Shown: positions 41,849-53,703, counted from the stretch's first letter. The stretch: DNA of 64,000 nt from Methanocaldococcus sp. 16A (GCA_049860595.1 CP187551.1); one strand, 5' to 3'. The notes: a model not told the origin generated them from the sequence alone. Translations and numbers: made by a program.

Positions 41849-42964
41849 TTAAAGGCTAAAATCTACAATGTCTCCTTTCTCACATCTTGTAACAACTGAG
41901 GCAACAATATTCTTAGAAAATAGTATAGCATTTGTTGGTTTTATAAAAGTAAAAGTAGCTTTAAATCCCTCCTCTATCAAACCAACATTCTCAAGCTTTA
42001 AAATCTTTGCATTGTTTATTGTTGCCATTCTCAAAATATCCTTTGGTTCTATGTGATAAAGTTTATAAATAAAATCCATCTCCTTAAATATTGAAGGAGA
42101 GTTTGCCATAAAATTATCTGTCCCAATTCCTACCAATAAATTGTCGTTAAGTTCATTTAATTTTGGCATCCCTACATTAAATGATAAGTTAGCTCTTACA
42201 CAAGCAATAACTGGAATCTTATTTTCCTTCAATAATTCTATATCATTATTTGTGAGATGAGTCCCATGAACAATAAAATTTAGCTTTATTCCTAAATCTA
42301 TTAATCTCTCAACCTCTGTCATGCCATATTTGTTTAAGCTGTATTCTACAGCCCCTTTATGCTCAGCTGCGTGTATGGCAAATAATTTCCTATCATCTTT
42401 TTCTTTAAATCTCTTAAAGATTTTAAAAATTAATTTTAGTTCATCATCTTCAAATTCATTAGCTCCACTTAATCCTAAACCATTAGATATTTTTAAAACC
42501 TCTTTTATTTCATTTTTGTTAATTTTTGTAGGTCTTCCCAAGATTATTGCCTTTGGATAATCATAAGATTCTAAAGCTTTATTTAATAAATTAATTCCCC
42601 TAACCCCATTTTCCCTAAAATCACAAAAAAATTTTATTCCAAGCTCTCTCATATCTTCTAAACCAAGTTTCATGCCCTCAATTAAAATTTCATCATCACA
42701 TTCAGCCAAATATCTATGCTTTAAACCATTTGGAGGTTTAACTAACTCATCCAAAGTTTTATTAATACCTATATCCTTTATACTATTATCAGCTATGTGT
42801 GTATGGGCATTTATTAAGGGAGGTATAATTAATCCTTTAAACTCAACAATCTCACTACTATGTTCATTTGTAAAGCCTTTAATAATGCCATCTTCAATAG
42901 CTAAAACCCCCTTTCTCAGCTCAAAATCCTTCCCATATAAAAATTTACCTTTTAGTAACAACAA
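41849..42964 (-). CDS. Amidohydrolase-family metal-dependent hydrolase/deaminase
   Basis: NAHTH, IHAAE, VHGTH, GTDN. Confidence 0.88.
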   Translation of the reverse strand: MLLLKGKFLYGKDFELRKGVLAIEDGIIKGFTNEHSSEIVEFKGLIIPPLINAHTHIADNSIKDIGINKTLDELVKPPNGLKHRYLAECDDEILIEGMKLGLEDMRELGIKFFCDFRENGVRGINLLNKALESYDYPKAIILGRPTKINKNEIKEVLKISNGLGLSGANEFEDDELKLIFKIFKRFKEKDDRKLFAIHAAEHKGAVEYSLNKYGMTEVERLIDLGIKLNFIVHGTHLTNNDIELLKENKIPVIACVRANLSFNVGMPKLNELNDNLLVGIGTDNFMANSPSIFKEMDFIYKLYHIEPKDILRMATINNAKILKLENVGLIEEGFKATFTFIKPTNAILFSKNIVASVVTRCEKGDIVDFSL

Positions 42965-42985
42965 AATCACCTTAGAGGTTTATTT

Positions 42986-43960
42986 ATGATTGATAACAGA
43001 ATAAAATTAGGAATAAAGATTGTATTATTAATAATTTTATTACACAGCCTTATATCAGTTTTTAATTTAGAGACATATATTGGGCTACTTACCAAATACC
43101 AAAATCAAATAATGATTATTGGTATTATTATTTTATCTGGGCTTATTATTGTCGATATTGCTTCTGAGATATTTAAAAAATATGCAAGGGAAAGAGAAGA
43201 AAAAGCTGGAGAATATTTAACTCTAAACTATATCTTTAAATATCTCGTCTATGTTTGTGTAGCTTTGATGATTTTTGGTGTTCTCTATCAAAATGTTTCC
43301 TCTTTAGTGGTTTCAGTTGGTTTAATTGGGGCGGCAATAACTTACGCTCTACAAAAGCCCATTTTAAACTTTGCTGGATGGATTATCATCTTATATACAA
43401 GAACAATAAAAATTGGAGATAGAATTTTTATTAAAGGTATTGGAGCCGGTGATGTATTTGATATTGACACTCAGCACATCTACTTAAGTGAATTAACTCC
43501 TGAAAATTTTAATCCTACAGGAAGAGTATTAATTATTCCAAATTCATATATATTTACATCTTCAATAGAAAACCTTACAAAAGGAACACCATATGTTTGG
43601 GATACGGTTATTGTGCATTTTACACTAAACAGTAATGTAAATAAAGCTGAAAGAATAGTTTTTGAATCTGTTAGTGAAGTTGTAGGAGATTTGATGAAAG
43701 AACTTTATAAAAAATGGTCTAAAAGGAAATATCTAACTTCAAAAAGATTATCTGATAAGCCATTAATTAGAATGGGCATAACAAGAAGTTCTTTTTATAT
43801 AAAATCTCATTATTTAGTTCATGTTTATAATAAAGCAGAAGTAAAAACTGAAATTTATAAAAGAATCTTAGAAAATGTCAATAAAGAAAATGATGTAAAA
43901 TTGGCATATCCTCACATTAAAGCTGTTATTGAATCAGAAAACAACTTTAAAAACACGTGA
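42986..43960 (+). CDS. MscS-family mechanosensitive channel
   Basis: [32 protein letters not shown]. Confidence 0.9.
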   Translation: MIDNRIKLGIKIVLLIILLHSLISVFNLETYIGLLTKYQNQIMIIGIIILSGLIIVDIASEIFKKYAREREEKAGEYLTLNYIFKYLVYVCVALMIFGVLYQNVSSLVVSVGLIGAAITYALQKPILNFAGWIIILYTRTIKIGDRIFIKGIGAGDVFDIDTQHIYLSELTPENFNPTGRVLIIPNSYIFTSSIENLTKGTPYVWDTVIVHFTLNSNVNKAERIVFESVSEVVGDLMKELYKKWSKRKYLTSKRLSDKPLIRMGITRSSFYIKSHYLVHVYNKAEVKTEIYKRILENVNKENDVKLAYPHIKAVIESENNFKNT

Positions 43961-43965
43961 TTGTT

Positions 43966-45066
43966 ATGATTTTAGAATATTTAGATGAATTTAAGGATAT
44001 TGATTTTTTAGAAGCTTTAAAAAGATATAGAAATTTAATACTATCGAAGTTAAGATACATTTATGAAAAAAGTAATGAATATCAGAAGGATATAAGGGAA
44101 TATTCAATATGGGATAACATAGATAAAAAAAAGTTAGATACCTTAATTGATTATCTTTTAATAATTTTACTATCTCATACTAATTATTTTAACTCGTTTA
44201 TAAAAGAATATTCTGAAATAAAAAAATATAATTTAATAAAAAATCTCCCTAATAAAATATCTGTCTGGGAATTTATAAAAACAGCTTCAAAGGCAAGAAA
44301 TAATGATTTACACTTAGAGAGATTAGATTTAGAAAATGGATATGTTGATATAACTGAAATTAAAGAAATTTACGCAAGAGAATTTATTAGAGTTGAATTA
44401 AAACATCTCGGAGATTTAGCTAAAAAAGCAAAACTTCCTGAAGAAGATATAATAAAAGACTTACTAAATGAGATTAACAACTACCTAAAAGATAAGGTTA
44501 AATATGAACAAATAGAGGGGATTAAAGCATTAAACTATAAAGGAAACATCCCGTTAGAATGGCATCCACCATGTATAAGAGGAATTTTAAATGATATTTT
44601 GAGTGGAGGCTCTCCATCACATTATGCAAGGAGAAGCTTTGTAGTTTATTGGTTCTGTGCTAAATTTAATCCTAATTTAAGACCTTTAGATAAAAATGGA
44701 AATTTGGTAAATATCTCAGCAACAGATATTACCTCTGAAGAAGAAATTGAGAGATTTATAGATGAACTTATTGAGATGATGTTTAAAAATGTTGAAGATT
44801 TTGATGAAAAAAAGACAAGGTACTATATTATGCACAATATTGGATATAAAGTAGGGCATCAGAGATTAACTCACTGTGAATACTGCAAAAACTGGCAATC
44901 TGATGGAGGGAAGGGACTAAGTTATTACTGCAAACCAGATGAGATTTGTAAGAAAAAATTTATCATACATCCTTTAGATTATCTTTGCTATAATATAAAT
45001 AAAAATTTAAAAAAGGAGAGATTTAAGAAGTTGAAGAAGGAGGATAAAAATGGAAATAATGAATAA
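43966..45066 (+). CDS. priL: DNA primase large subunit PriL
   Basis: HPPCI...SHYARR, DFDEKKTRY, Cys-rich Fe-S domain, HPLDY. Confidence 0.85.
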   Translation: MILEYLDEFKDIDFLEALKRYRNLILSKLRYIYEKSNEYQKDIREYSIWDNIDKKKLDTLIDYLLIILLSHTNYFNSFIKEYSEIKKYNLIKNLPNKISVWEFIKTASKARNNDLHLERLDLENGYVDITEIKEIYAREFIRVELKHLGDLAKKAKLPEEDIIKDLLNEINNYLKDKVKYEQIEGIKALNYKGNIPLEWHPPCIRGILNDILSGGSPSHYARRSFVVYWFCAKFNPNLRPLDKNGNLVNISATDITSEEEIERFIDELIEMMFKNVEDFDEKKTRYYIMHNIGYKVGHQRLTHCEYCKNWQSDGGKGLSYYCKPDEICKKKFIIHPLDYLCYNINKNLKKERFKKLKKEDKNGNNE

Positions 45067-46831
45067 ATTTTTAGATATTGAAGTTTTATTATCCCCAACG
45101 GTTTATGAAAAGTTGAAAAATTTTAATGAAAGTGAAATTAACAATTTAATTGAAAAAATTAGAGAATTTAAAAAATACAACGATAGCTTTATTTTGTTGG
45201 ATGAGAAGTTCTTAGAAATTTTTTTACAAAAAGATTTGAATGAAATAATAGATGAATATAAAGATTTTGACTTCATATTTTACTACACTGGAGAAGAAGA
45301 AAAAGTAGAAAAAGTTGAAGAAGTAAAAGAAGAAACTGAAGAAAAAATTAAAGAAGAAGTAGAAAAAATAGAATTTGTTAAGAAAGAAGAAAAAGAACAA
45401 TTTGTAAAAAAATCTGAGGAAGATGTTGAAGAGAAATTAAAACAACTAATTTCCAAAGAAGAGAAAAAAGAAGATTTTGATGCTGAGAGAGCTAAAAGAT
45501 ATGAACACATAACAAAAATAAGAGAAAGTGTAAATAGCAGAATAAAATGGATAGCCAAGGATATTGACGCTATAATAGAGATATATGACGATTCAGACGT
45601 TTCTGGAAAATCTACATGCACTGGAACAATTGAGGACTTTGTTAAATACTTTAGAGACAGATTTGAAAGATTAAGAGTATTTATTGAAAGAAAGGCTCAA
45701 AGAAAGGGATATCCTTTAAAAGATATAAAGAAAATGAAAGGGCAGAAAGATATTTTTGTTGTTGGAATTGTTAGTGATGTTGATACCTCAAAAAATGGTA
45801 ATTTAATAGTTAGAATTGAAGATACTGAAGATGAGATAACATTAATTTTACCAAAAGAAAAAATAGACAGTGGACAGTTGCCAGATGATATATTATTGGA
45901 TGAAGTTATTGGAGCTATTGGAGTTGTTAGCAAATCTGGAAGCTCAATATACGTTGATGAAATTATAAGACCTGCATTTTCACCAAAAGAACCGAGAAGA
46001 ATAGATGAAGAAATATATATGGCATTTTTATCAGATATTCACGTTGGAAGTAAAGAGTTCTTACATAAAGAGTTTGAGAAGTTTGTTAGATTTTTAAATG
46101 GGGATGTTGATAACGAATTAGAAGAAAAAGTTGTCAGTAGATTAAAATATATTTGCATTGCTGGAGATTTGGTTGATGGTGTAGGAGTTTATCCTGGACA
46201 AGAAGAGGATTTATATGAAGTAGATGTTATTGAGCAGTATAGAGAGATAGCTATGTATTTAGAGCAGATTCCAGAGCATATACATATAATAATTTCACCT
46301 GGCAACCACGATGCTGTCAGACCTGCAGAACCACAACCAAAACTGCCAGAAAAAATAATAAAGCTATTTAATAGAGATAATATTTACTTCGTTGGAAATC
46401 CGTGTGTTGTTAATATCCATGGCTTCGATACCTTATTATATCACGGTAGAAGCTTTGACGACTTGGTTGGGCAAATAAGGACTGCAAATTATGAAAATCC
46501 AGTAACTATTATGAGAGAGTTAATAAAAAGAAGGTTGTTATGTCCAACTTATGGGGGAAGATGTCCAATAGCTCCAGAACATAAAGATTACTTAGTTATA
46601 GATAGAGATATTGATATTTTACACACTGGACATATACACATCAATGGTTATGGGATTTATAGAGGAGTTGTTATGGTTAATAGTGGAACATTCCAAGAGC
46701 AAACAGATTTCCAGAAGAGAATGGGAATCTCTCCAACTCCTGCAATAGTTCCAATAATAAACATGGCTAAGGTTGGAGAGAAAGGGCATTATTTAGAATG
46801 GGATAGAGGAATTTTAGAAGTTAGATATTAA
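45050..46831 (+). CDS. polB: DNA polymerase D small (proofreading) subunit DP1
   Basis: SDIHVGS, AGDLVDG, PGNHD, HGRS, HTGHIH. Confidence 0.95.
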   Translation: MEIMNKFLDIEVLLSPTVYEKLKNFNESEINNLIEKIREFKKYNDSFILLDEKFLEIFLQKDLNEIIDEYKDFDFIFYYTGEEEKVEKVEEVKEETEEKIKEEVEKIEFVKKEEKEQFVKKSEEDVEEKLKQLISKEEKKEDFDAERAKRYEHITKIRESVNSRIKWIAKDIDAIIEIYDDSDVSGKSTCTGTIEDFVKYFRDRFERLRVFIERKAQRKGYPLKDIKKMKGQKDIFVVGIVSDVDTSKNGNLIVRIEDTEDEITLILPKEKIDSGQLPDDILLDEVIGAIGVVSKSGSSIYVDEIIRPAFSPKEPRRIDEEIYMAFLSDIHVGSKEFLHKEFEKFVRFLNGDVDNELEEKVVSRLKYICIAGDLVDGVGVYPGQEEDLYEVDVIEQYREIAMYLEQIPEHIHIIISPGNHDAVRPAEPQPKLPEKIIKLFNRDNIYFVGNPCVVNIHGFDTLLYHGRSFDDLVGQIRTANYENPVTIMRELIKRRLLCPTYGGRCPIAPEHKDYLVIDRDIDILHTGHIHINGYGIYRGVVMVNSGTFQEQTDFQKRMGISPTPAIVPIINMAKVGEKGHYLEWDRGILEVRY

Positions 46832-46888
46832 ATATTATTTTTTATATATCACGATGAAGGTTTTTTATTTTTAGTTTATGATAAAAAT

Positions 46889-47368
46889 TTAAAACTCAAC
46901 AAATACAGCGATAAAAAGCAATAAGATTATGGGCATAAGAAATACTAAAACATTTACAACATTTACTGAATCTACTCCTAAATAACCTAAAATATATCCA
47001 GCAAAATACATCCAAACTATAATAAAACCAAATGTTAACAAAAATAACCAGTTATGTTTATCAAAAGGTAGTTTTTTATAAATGATAACCTCAATGAGAG
47101 TTTTAATAACTAAAAATAAAATAAAAACATTAATTACAGTTAATTTTATGTTTAAAAGTTTAATAAAAAGTATTGTTATAACTAAACTAACCAATGTTAT
47201 AACAACTTTTTTAATATCAATATCTTTAATGGCTTTATATAAACCAAACAATTCTTTAAATCCATTATCAACACCAACCATTTTTTTAAATAGTATATCT
47301 AAAACAAAGATAAATATGCATCCAAAAATTAATACTAAAGCAATATATTCTATAAAACTAATATCCAT
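46889..47368 (-). CDS. Hypothetical integral membrane protein
   Basis: GGTGA RBS; about 5 hydrophobic segments. Confidence 0.65.
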   Translation of the reverse strand: MDISFIEYIALVLIFGCIFIFVLDILFKKMVGVDNGFKELFGLYKAIKDIDIKKVVITLVSLVITILFIKLLNIKLTVINVFILFLVIKTLIEVIIYKKLPFDKHNWLFLLTFGFIIVWMYFAGYILGYLGVDSVNVVNVLVFLMPIILLLFIAVFVEF

Positions 47369-47455
47369 TTGTCTTCACCATTTTGAATTTTATTTAAATT
47401 TTTAAATTTGAACTAATTATTATCTTGGATTTAAATCTTTCACATTGGTGAAAAT

Positions 47456-48136
47456 ATGGAAATAATTCCAGTTATTGATTTAAAAGATAAAATAGCTGTG
47501 CATGGAAAGAGCGGAAATAGAGACGAATATAAGCCATTAAAATCCGTTATTTGCAATTCATCAAATCCTATTGATGTAGCAATTGCCTATAAAGAAAGAG
47601 GAGCTGAAACTATCTACATCGCTGATTTAAACGCTATAATGGGAAATGGAAATAATTTTGAAATTATAAAAAAAATAGATTTTATAAATAAAATTGTTGA
47701 TATTGGAATAAAGAAAAAAGATGACTTAGAATATATTAAAAAATTTTTAAATAAAGATGATAAAGCAATAGTGGCAACTGAAACATTAAATGATATTGAA
47801 TTACTTAAAGAAAGCGATATAGTTGTTAGTTTAGATTTTAAAAATGGAGAACTTTTAAATTATAGCTTAGATGAAGTTTTAACTTATGTTAAAAAAGACA
47901 CACCATTAATAATCTTAGATATCTCTTCAGTTGGAACTCAAAAAGGTGTTAATGTAGAACTTATAAAATGTATTTTAGATAAAACAAATAATCCCGTGTA
48001 TGTTGGTGGAGGAATTAAAGATATTAAAGATATTGAGCTATGCTATAAATTAGGAGTTGATGGGGTTTTGATAGCAACGGCAATACATAAAGGAGTTTTA
48101 GATTTGGAAGAAATTATTAATAAATTTGGTGATTAA
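47456..48136 (+). CDS. HisA/HisF-related TIM-barrel protein
   Basis: IIPVIDLK...VHGKSG.R..Y.PL; YIADLNAI; LDISSVGT; GGGI. Confidence 0.85.
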   Translation: MEIIPVIDLKDKIAVHGKSGNRDEYKPLKSVICNSSNPIDVAIAYKERGAETIYIADLNAIMGNGNNFEIIKKIDFINKIVDIGIKKKDDLEYIKKFLNKDDKAIVATETLNDIELLKESDIVVSLDFKNGELLNYSLDEVLTYVKKDTPLIILDISSVGTQKGVNVELIKCILDKTNNPVYVGGGIKDIKDIELCYKLGVDGVLIATAIHKGVLDLEEIINKFGD

Positions 48137-48166
48137 ATAACAATTAAATAAATTTTTGGTGGTATA

Positions 48167-49384
48167 ATGGAAAATTATAATGAAATAATTGAAAAAATGA
48201 TAAATGGAGAAATAAAGCCATATCAATTAGATAAACTATATAATTCAAAAATAGCTACTGAAATTAGGAGAAAATTTATTGAAAAAGTAGTAGGGATAGA
48301 GTTTAAACATATTAACAAATACACAATAGATGAAGAAATGGCTATGAAAAAGAATATAGAGAACATGATTGGAGCCATACAAATCCCTCTTGGATTTGCA
48401 GGACCTTTAAAAATTAATGGAGAATATGCTAAAGGAGAGTTTTATATTCCATTGGCTACAACTGAAGGGGCTTTAGTAGCTTCAGTTAATAGAGGTTGCT
48501 CAATAATAACAAAATGTGGGGGAGCTACTGTTAGGGTTATAGATGATAAGATGACAAGAGCCCCTTGCTTAAAAACAAAAAGTGTTGTAGATGCAATAAA
48601 AGTTAGAGATTGGATTAAAGAAAACTTTGAAAAGATAAAGGAAGTTGCTGAATCAACAACAAGGCATGGAAAATTAATAAGGATAGAACCAATCTTAATC
48701 GTTGGAAGAAACTTATATCCAAGATTTGTATTTAAGACAGGAGATGCTATGGGCATGAATATGGTTACAATTGCTACAGAAAAGGCTTGCAATTTTATAG
48801 AGGAAGAATTAAAAAAAGAAGGTATATTTGTTAAAACCGTTGCTGTTAGTGGAAACGCTTGCGTTGATAAAAAACCAAGTGGAATGAATTTAATTAATGG
48901 AAGAGGAAAATCAATTGTAGCAGAGATTTATTTAGAGGAAAAAGAGGTTAATAAATATCTAAAAACCACTTCTGAAGCAATTGCTGAAGTAAATAGATTA
49001 AAAAATTATATAGGCTCAGCAATAAGCAACAGCATGGGTTTCAATGCTCATTATGCAAATATTATTGGAGCTATATTCTTGGCTACTGGACAAGACGAAG
49101 CTCAAATAGTTGAGGGTAGTTTAGGAATTACTATGGCAGAGGTCGAAGATGATGGATTATACTTCTCTGTAACATTGCCAGATGTTCCAATAGGAACTGT
49201 TGGTGGAGGGACAAGGGTTGAGACACAAAAAGAGTGTTTAGAAATGCTTGGTTGCTATGGAGATAATAAAGCTTTAAAATTTGCTGAGATTATTGGAGGG
49301 GCTGTGTTAGCTGGAGAGTTATCCTTATTAGGTGCTTTAGCTGCTGGTCATTTAGGAAAAGCTCACCAAGAACTCGGTAGATAA
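48167..49384 (+). CDS. hmgA: HMG-CoA reductase (class I)
   Basis: ENMIG, TTEGALVAS, DAMGMNM, GTVGGGT. Confidence 0.97.
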   Translation: MENYNEIIEKMINGEIKPYQLDKLYNSKIATEIRRKFIEKVVGIEFKHINKYTIDEEMAMKKNIENMIGAIQIPLGFAGPLKINGEYAKGEFYIPLATTEGALVASVNRGCSIITKCGGATVRVIDDKMTRAPCLKTKSVVDAIKVRDWIKENFEKIKEVAESTTRHGKLIRIEPILIVGRNLYPRFVFKTGDAMGMNMVTIATEKACNFIEEELKKEGIFVKTVAVSGNACVDKKPSGMNLINGRGKSIVAEIYLEEKEVNKYLKTTSEAIAEVNRLKNYIGSAISNSMGFNAHYANIIGAIFLATGQDEAQIVEGSLGITMAEVEDDGLYFSVTLPDVPIGTVGGGTRVETQKECLEMLGCYGDNKALKFAEIIGGAVLAGELSLLGALAAGHLGKAHQELGR

Positions 49385-49386
49385 TT

Positions 49387-50031
49387 ATGAGAGATGCTTA
49401 TTTAATGATGGTCTTAATGGATGCATTGAAAGAAATATTTGATTTAAAAGAAATTCTAAAGAGCCCTATAAGAAATAAAAAAGTTGTTTTATTTGTCAGT
49501 GTAATTTTTATTTTATCTTTAGCAATATCATATATTTTGATTGCCAATGTAAAATATTTTTCGTATTTAGGAGATATGGCCTTTCAAAATTTTCAAGAAC
49601 ATGTTGAAAATCTAAAAATCACGTTAAATGAGGATAGTTCAACAATAATATTAGCCATTTGGAAAAATAACCTAACTGTCTGTATTTTAAACTATATCAT
49701 TGGAGCTTTGTCATTATTTGTTATTGCTGTTAATTCCTATATTTTATCATACGTGCTCTACAAATTTGGTGCTGAAAGCTTTATCTACTTAGTTTTACCA
49801 CATGGAATCATTGAAATCCCCGCTCTAATACTTTCAGCATCAAGTGGAGTTTTATTTAACATAGGATTGATTAATTTTTTAATAAACTTCAAATTTGGGA
49901 CTAAAAGAGATGTTTTACATTATATAAAAGAATCTTTAAAGTTACTTGTCCTCTCTATAATACTATTCATAGTAGCTGGAATTGTTGAAGGGACTATAAC
50001 ATATAAAATAGCCAAAATCATGTTTTCTTAA
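49387..50031 (+). CDS. SpoIIM/DUF95-family membrane protein
   Basis: NN...LPHGIIEIPA...AGIVE. Confidence 0.85.
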   Translation: MRDAYLMMVLMDALKEIFDLKEILKSPIRNKKVVLFVSVIFILSLAISYILIANVKYFSYLGDMAFQNFQEHVENLKITLNEDSSTIILAIWKNNLTVCILNYIIGALSLFVIAVNSYILSYVLYKFGAESFIYLVLPHGIIEIPALILSASSGVLFNIGLINFLINFKFGTKRDVLHYIKESLKLLVLSIILFIVAGIVEGTITYKIAKIMFS

Positions 50032-50121
50032 AGATAAAAAGAGAAATTAAATGAAAAAATTAAAGTCCATTAATGAGAAATAATATAATAGAAAAACATA
50101 GAAAAACAAAAAATAGCTCGT

Positions 50122-50265
50122 TTATCCTCTTGGTTCTTTTGCTTTTGGTCTTAAACCTTTGTATCCACACTTTCTACATTTTGTAGCTCTCCAAGGGTTT
50201 CTTGCATTACATCTCATGCAAATCTTTTTCATAAATAATCTTTTCATTGCTTCTTCAAATGGCAT
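50122..50265 (-). CDS. rpl40e: 50S ribosomal protein L40e (missed by ORF track)
   Basis: Manual translation [47 protein letters not shown]. Confidence 0.96.
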   Translation of the reverse strand: MPFEEAMKRLFMKKICMRCNARNPWRATKCRKCGYKGLRPKAKEPRG

Positions 50266-50336
50266 TTTCTCACCTGCAGATTTTTAATAGAACAAGTCCT
50301 ATTTAATAAACATTATGTTTTTCATTTGAAATTTTT

Positions 50337-50846
50337 TTATCTTTGCAAAAACTCTTGTTGAATTTCAACAACTTCTGCTGAATTTTTAGCATTTGAGTAT
50401 CTTTCTAATAATTCATTATTAACATTTATAAATGTTTCTGCCCACTTAAAGCAGGAGGTTAAATTTAATGCTTCATCCTTAAAGTTAGTTATATATAAAG
50501 CAGCGATAAAAGCTTCTAATGTTGAAAGCATGCAAGGCTTTCCATAATTTATTGGATTACAGGCAACTAAAAATGGTAAAGACCTTTGATTTTTAAATTT
50601 AAATTTCTTAAACATCAACTCTGCTTCTTTCCATGAACAGTCAAGAGCAGTTATACCAAACTTTTCCACTATTTTTTTATCTTCTGGAGATAGAGCTTTT
50701 TCAGCGTAAGGGTTTAGAATTATTGAGTTTTTTGGAACTTTGTATGGGTTTTTTAACAAAATGGCTTTATTCATCTTAGCCATTTTTAAGGATGTGCATT
50801 TTTTTGGGTTGCATTGATTTGCATGATATATGAAAAGCTTCGGCAT
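50337..50846 (-). CDS. tsr3: 16S rRNA aminocarboxypropyltransferase Tsr3
   Basis: QCNPKKCT, LDCSW, RSLPFLVACNPINYG, FKWA. Confidence 0.92.
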   Translation of the reverse strand: MPKLFIYHANQCNPKKCTSLKMAKMNKAILLKNPYKVPKNSIILNPYAEKALSPEDKKIVEKFGITALDCSWKEAELMFKKFKFKNQRSLPFLVACNPINYGKPCMLSTLEAFIAALYITNFKDEALNLTSCFKWAETFINVNNELLERYSNAKNSAEVVEIQQEFLQR

Positions 50847-50930
50847 TGTTATCACAATTTTGTGAAATGGTAAAGAAAATTAAGTTGTATAAGTAGTATT
50901 TATTTTTTACTGTTATTGTGGTGATATGGA

Positions 50931-52286
50931 ATGAAAAATGTTGAAATTCTCTTAGGTAATCCAAAAAAAGCTATAATTGAGGTATCAAAACCTATAATTG
51001 TTGCTACATTTATTGAATCAATCTATAGCTTAGTTGATAGCATCTGGGTTTCTGGATTGGGGGCTGATGCATTAGCTGCTGTAGGAGCGAGTTTTCCAAT
51101 ATTAATTAGCATATATGCAGTTAGTTGGGGTTTGAGTGTTGGAATTAGTTCCGGAATAGCAAGGAGAGTTGGAGCAAAAAATAAAGTAGAAGCTGATAAA
51201 GTGGCAAATCATGCAATTATATTAGCATTGATTTCTGGAATTTTGTATATCTTAGCTGTATATCCAAATCTTGATACACTATTTAGCTTAATGGGAACTT
51301 ATGGAGCTTGTAAATCCTTGGCTATAAAATATTCAAACATATTGGTTTTAGGGGTTGTTATATTTACAATCTGCGATGCGTTGTATGGAATATTTAGAGG
51401 TGAAGGGAACACAAAAATTGTTATGATAGCAAGTGTTGTGGGAACTTTAACAAACATCATCTTAGACCCAATATTCATCTATATGTTAAATTTAGGGATA
51501 AGTGGGGCAAGTTATGCTACTTTAATAGCTATAACTATATCCCTCTTAATTTTAGCTTACAATTTATTTATAAAAAAGGCATGTTATGTTACTGTTAAGT
51601 TATCAAAATTTAAACCTAACTTAGATATTATTATTGATTTAATTAGGGTGGGAATTCCCTCAGCACTAATGGAAATGACCGTTGCAGTATCATTCTTTAT
51701 AATGACATCAATAATTATGATTGTTGGAGGTAGCGAAGGTTTAGCTGTCTATACTGGAGCTTTAAGAATAACAGAGTTTGGTTTTATTCCAATGTTAGGT
51801 TTGGCTAGTGGAGCTACATCAGTTATAGGAGCTACCTATGGGGCAAAAAGCTTTGAAAAATTAAAAACAGCTTATTTTTATACAATAAAAATTGGAATTT
51901 TAATGGAAATTGTTATAGTTGCTTTAATAATGCTCTTATCCCCAGTTTTGGCTTATCTATTTACTTATACTGAAGTTTCTATGGGAATTCATGAAGAACT
52001 CGTTAGAGCTTTAAGAATAGTTCCATTATATTTACTATTTACTCCATTTATATTAACAACATCTGCAATGTTTCAAGGGATTGGAAAGGGAGAGAAATCA
52101 TTGATAATAGCTATATTTAGGTCTTTAGTATGTCATATAGGATATGCTTATTTATTTGCTATAATTTTAGGGTTAGGAATGTTTGGAATATATGGAGGTT
52201 TAGTGACTGGAGAATTCACCTCTGGAATTTTTGCATTTCTATTTGGAATTTTAACAATAAAAACATTAATCAAATATTCTAAATAA
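50931..52286 (+). CDS. MATE-family efflux transporter
   Basis: [32 protein letters not shown]. Confidence 0.92.
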   Translation: MKNVEILLGNPKKAIIEVSKPIIVATFIESIYSLVDSIWVSGLGADALAAVGASFPILISIYAVSWGLSVGISSGIARRVGAKNKVEADKVANHAIILALISGILYILAVYPNLDTLFSLMGTYGACKSLAIKYSNILVLGVVIFTICDALYGIFRGEGNTKIVMIASVVGTLTNIILDPIFIYMLNLGISGASYATLIAITISLLILAYNLFIKKACYVTVKLSKFKPNLDIIIDLIRVGIPSALMEMTVAVSFFIMTSIIMIVGGSEGLAVYTGALRITEFGFIPMLGLASGATSVIGATYGAKSFEKLKTAYFYTIKIGILMEIVIVALIMLLSPVLAYLFTYTEVSMGIHEELVRALRIVPLYLLFTPFILTTSAMFQGIGKGEKSLIIAIFRSLVCHIGYAYLFAIILGLGMFGIYGGLVTGEFTSGIFAFLFGILTIKTLIKYSK

Positions 52287-52324
52287 TAAAATTAAAACTA
52301 AAAAAATATTTTTGAGGGATAATT

Positions 52325-53380
52325 ATGATTGGATATGTTCTAAATGGAGAGCATGAAGAAATCCCTTATGGAGAGCTCATGGCATTATTGGAAATTTTTG
52401 ACTATAATGGAAATATTGAGAGATTAAAAAGATACGTTGTAACTGAAGATAGTCCAGCTAAAGATGTTGTTAGAAGAAGTGGGTATATAGACGAAGGGCA
52501 TAGGATAATATTCAAATACAATTTAGAAGAAAAGAGTGTAGATTTAGCAGATAAAATTGTTGATGATTTTATAAACTCATTTAAAGACTTTATAGCAAAT
52601 ATTGATTATCCCGACATTGATAAAAGCAAATCATTCGCTGTTAGAGTTTTAAAACTCCACAAAGATGAATTTACAAAATCCATAGACTCATTAAAAATTG
52701 AGAGAGAAATTGGAGGAATTATAAAATTAAAAACCAATGCAAAAGTAAATTTAACAAAACCAAATGTGTTAGTTAGAGTGGTTATCTTAGAAAATACATT
52801 TTTTATTTCCAATGTATTAGAGATGAGAGATAGGGAATATTTCCAAAAAAATAGACCGCATTTAAGAAAGTACTTCCATCCAGGTTGTATGCTTCCAAAA
52901 CTTGCGAGAGCTATGGTAAATTTAGCAAGAGTTAAAGAAAAAGATGTTGTTTTAGACCCATTTTGTGGAACAGGTGGATTTTTAATTGAAGCTGGTTTAA
53001 TTGGGGCTAAGCTCATTGGTTGTGATATAGATTGGAGAATGGCTTCTGGAACTTTAATCAATCTTGAAGAGTACAACCTATTAGATAAAGTAATAAAAGT
53101 TAAAAGATTAGATGCCAAATATGTAAAAGAGTTTTTAAATGAATTAAACATAGAAAAAGTCGATGCCATTGTAACAGACCCTCCTTATGGGATATCAACA
53201 GCAAAAAAAGGTGAAATTGAGAAGATATTAGAAACTCTCCCAAAGGTTATTAAAGAAAATGGCTACTTTGTTTTTGCATATCCAAGAAAGATTGACCTTG
53301 ATATGGAATTAAAAGGACTTTATAAAGTATATATCCATAAGGGGCTGATTAGACACATCCATGTTTATAAGAAAATCTAA
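52325..53380 (+). CDS. trm11: tRNA (guanine10-N2)-dimethyltransferase Trm11/TrmG10
   Basis: THUMP domain; LDPFCGTGG; TDPPYG. Confidence 0.88.
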   Translation: MIGYVLNGEHEEIPYGELMALLEIFDYNGNIERLKRYVVTEDSPAKDVVRRSGYIDEGHRIIFKYNLEEKSVDLADKIVDDFINSFKDFIANIDYPDIDKSKSFAVRVLKLHKDEFTKSIDSLKIEREIGGIIKLKTNAKVNLTKPNVLVRVVILENTFFISNVLEMRDREYFQKNRPHLRKYFHPGCMLPKLARAMVNLARVKEKDVVLDPFCGTGGFLIEAGLIGAKLIGCDIDWRMASGTLINLEEYNLLDKVIKVKRLDAKYVKEFLNELNIEKVDAIVTDPPYGISTAKKGEIEKILETLPKVIKENGYFVFAYPRKIDLDMELKGLYKVYIHKGLIRHIHVYKKI

Positions 53381-53462
53381 ATGTTATTACATTTACTAAA
53401 AATATTTATGAAAATTTATGAAAAATTTATTAAATTGTAAGTTAAATATTTAAATACCCAAC

Positions 53463-53477
53463 CGAAAAGTTTATATA
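53463..53477 (+). promoter_or_regulatory. BRE-TATA promoter of tRNA operon
   Basis: CGAAAAG-TTTATATA; ATGC initiator at 53499-53502. Confidence 0.8.
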
Positions 53478-53513
53478 TGTGAAATGTAATGCATAATTAT
53501 GCAAACATTGGGT

Positions 53514-53590
53514 GCCGCGGTAGTTCAGCCTGGGAGAACGCTGGACTGAAGATCCAGTTGTCGGGTGTTCAAATCACCCCCGCGGCACCA
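53514..53590 (+). tRNA. tRNA-Phe(GAA)
   Basis: CTGGA-CTGAAGA-TCCAG anticodon arm; CCA encoded. Confidence 0.97.
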
Positions 53591-53598
53591 TTTTATGT

Positions 53599-53674
53599 GC
53601 CCCCATAGCTCAGATGGTAGAGCGACGGACTGTTAATCCGTAGGTCGCAGGTTCGAGTCCTGCTGGGGGCGCCA
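53599..53674 (+). tRNA. tRNA-Asn(GTT)
   Basis: ACGGA-CTGTTAA-TCCGT; CCA encoded. Confidence 0.97.
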
Positions 53675-53703
53675 TTAATTTTTTATTTTTTTATGCCCGA
53701 TAT

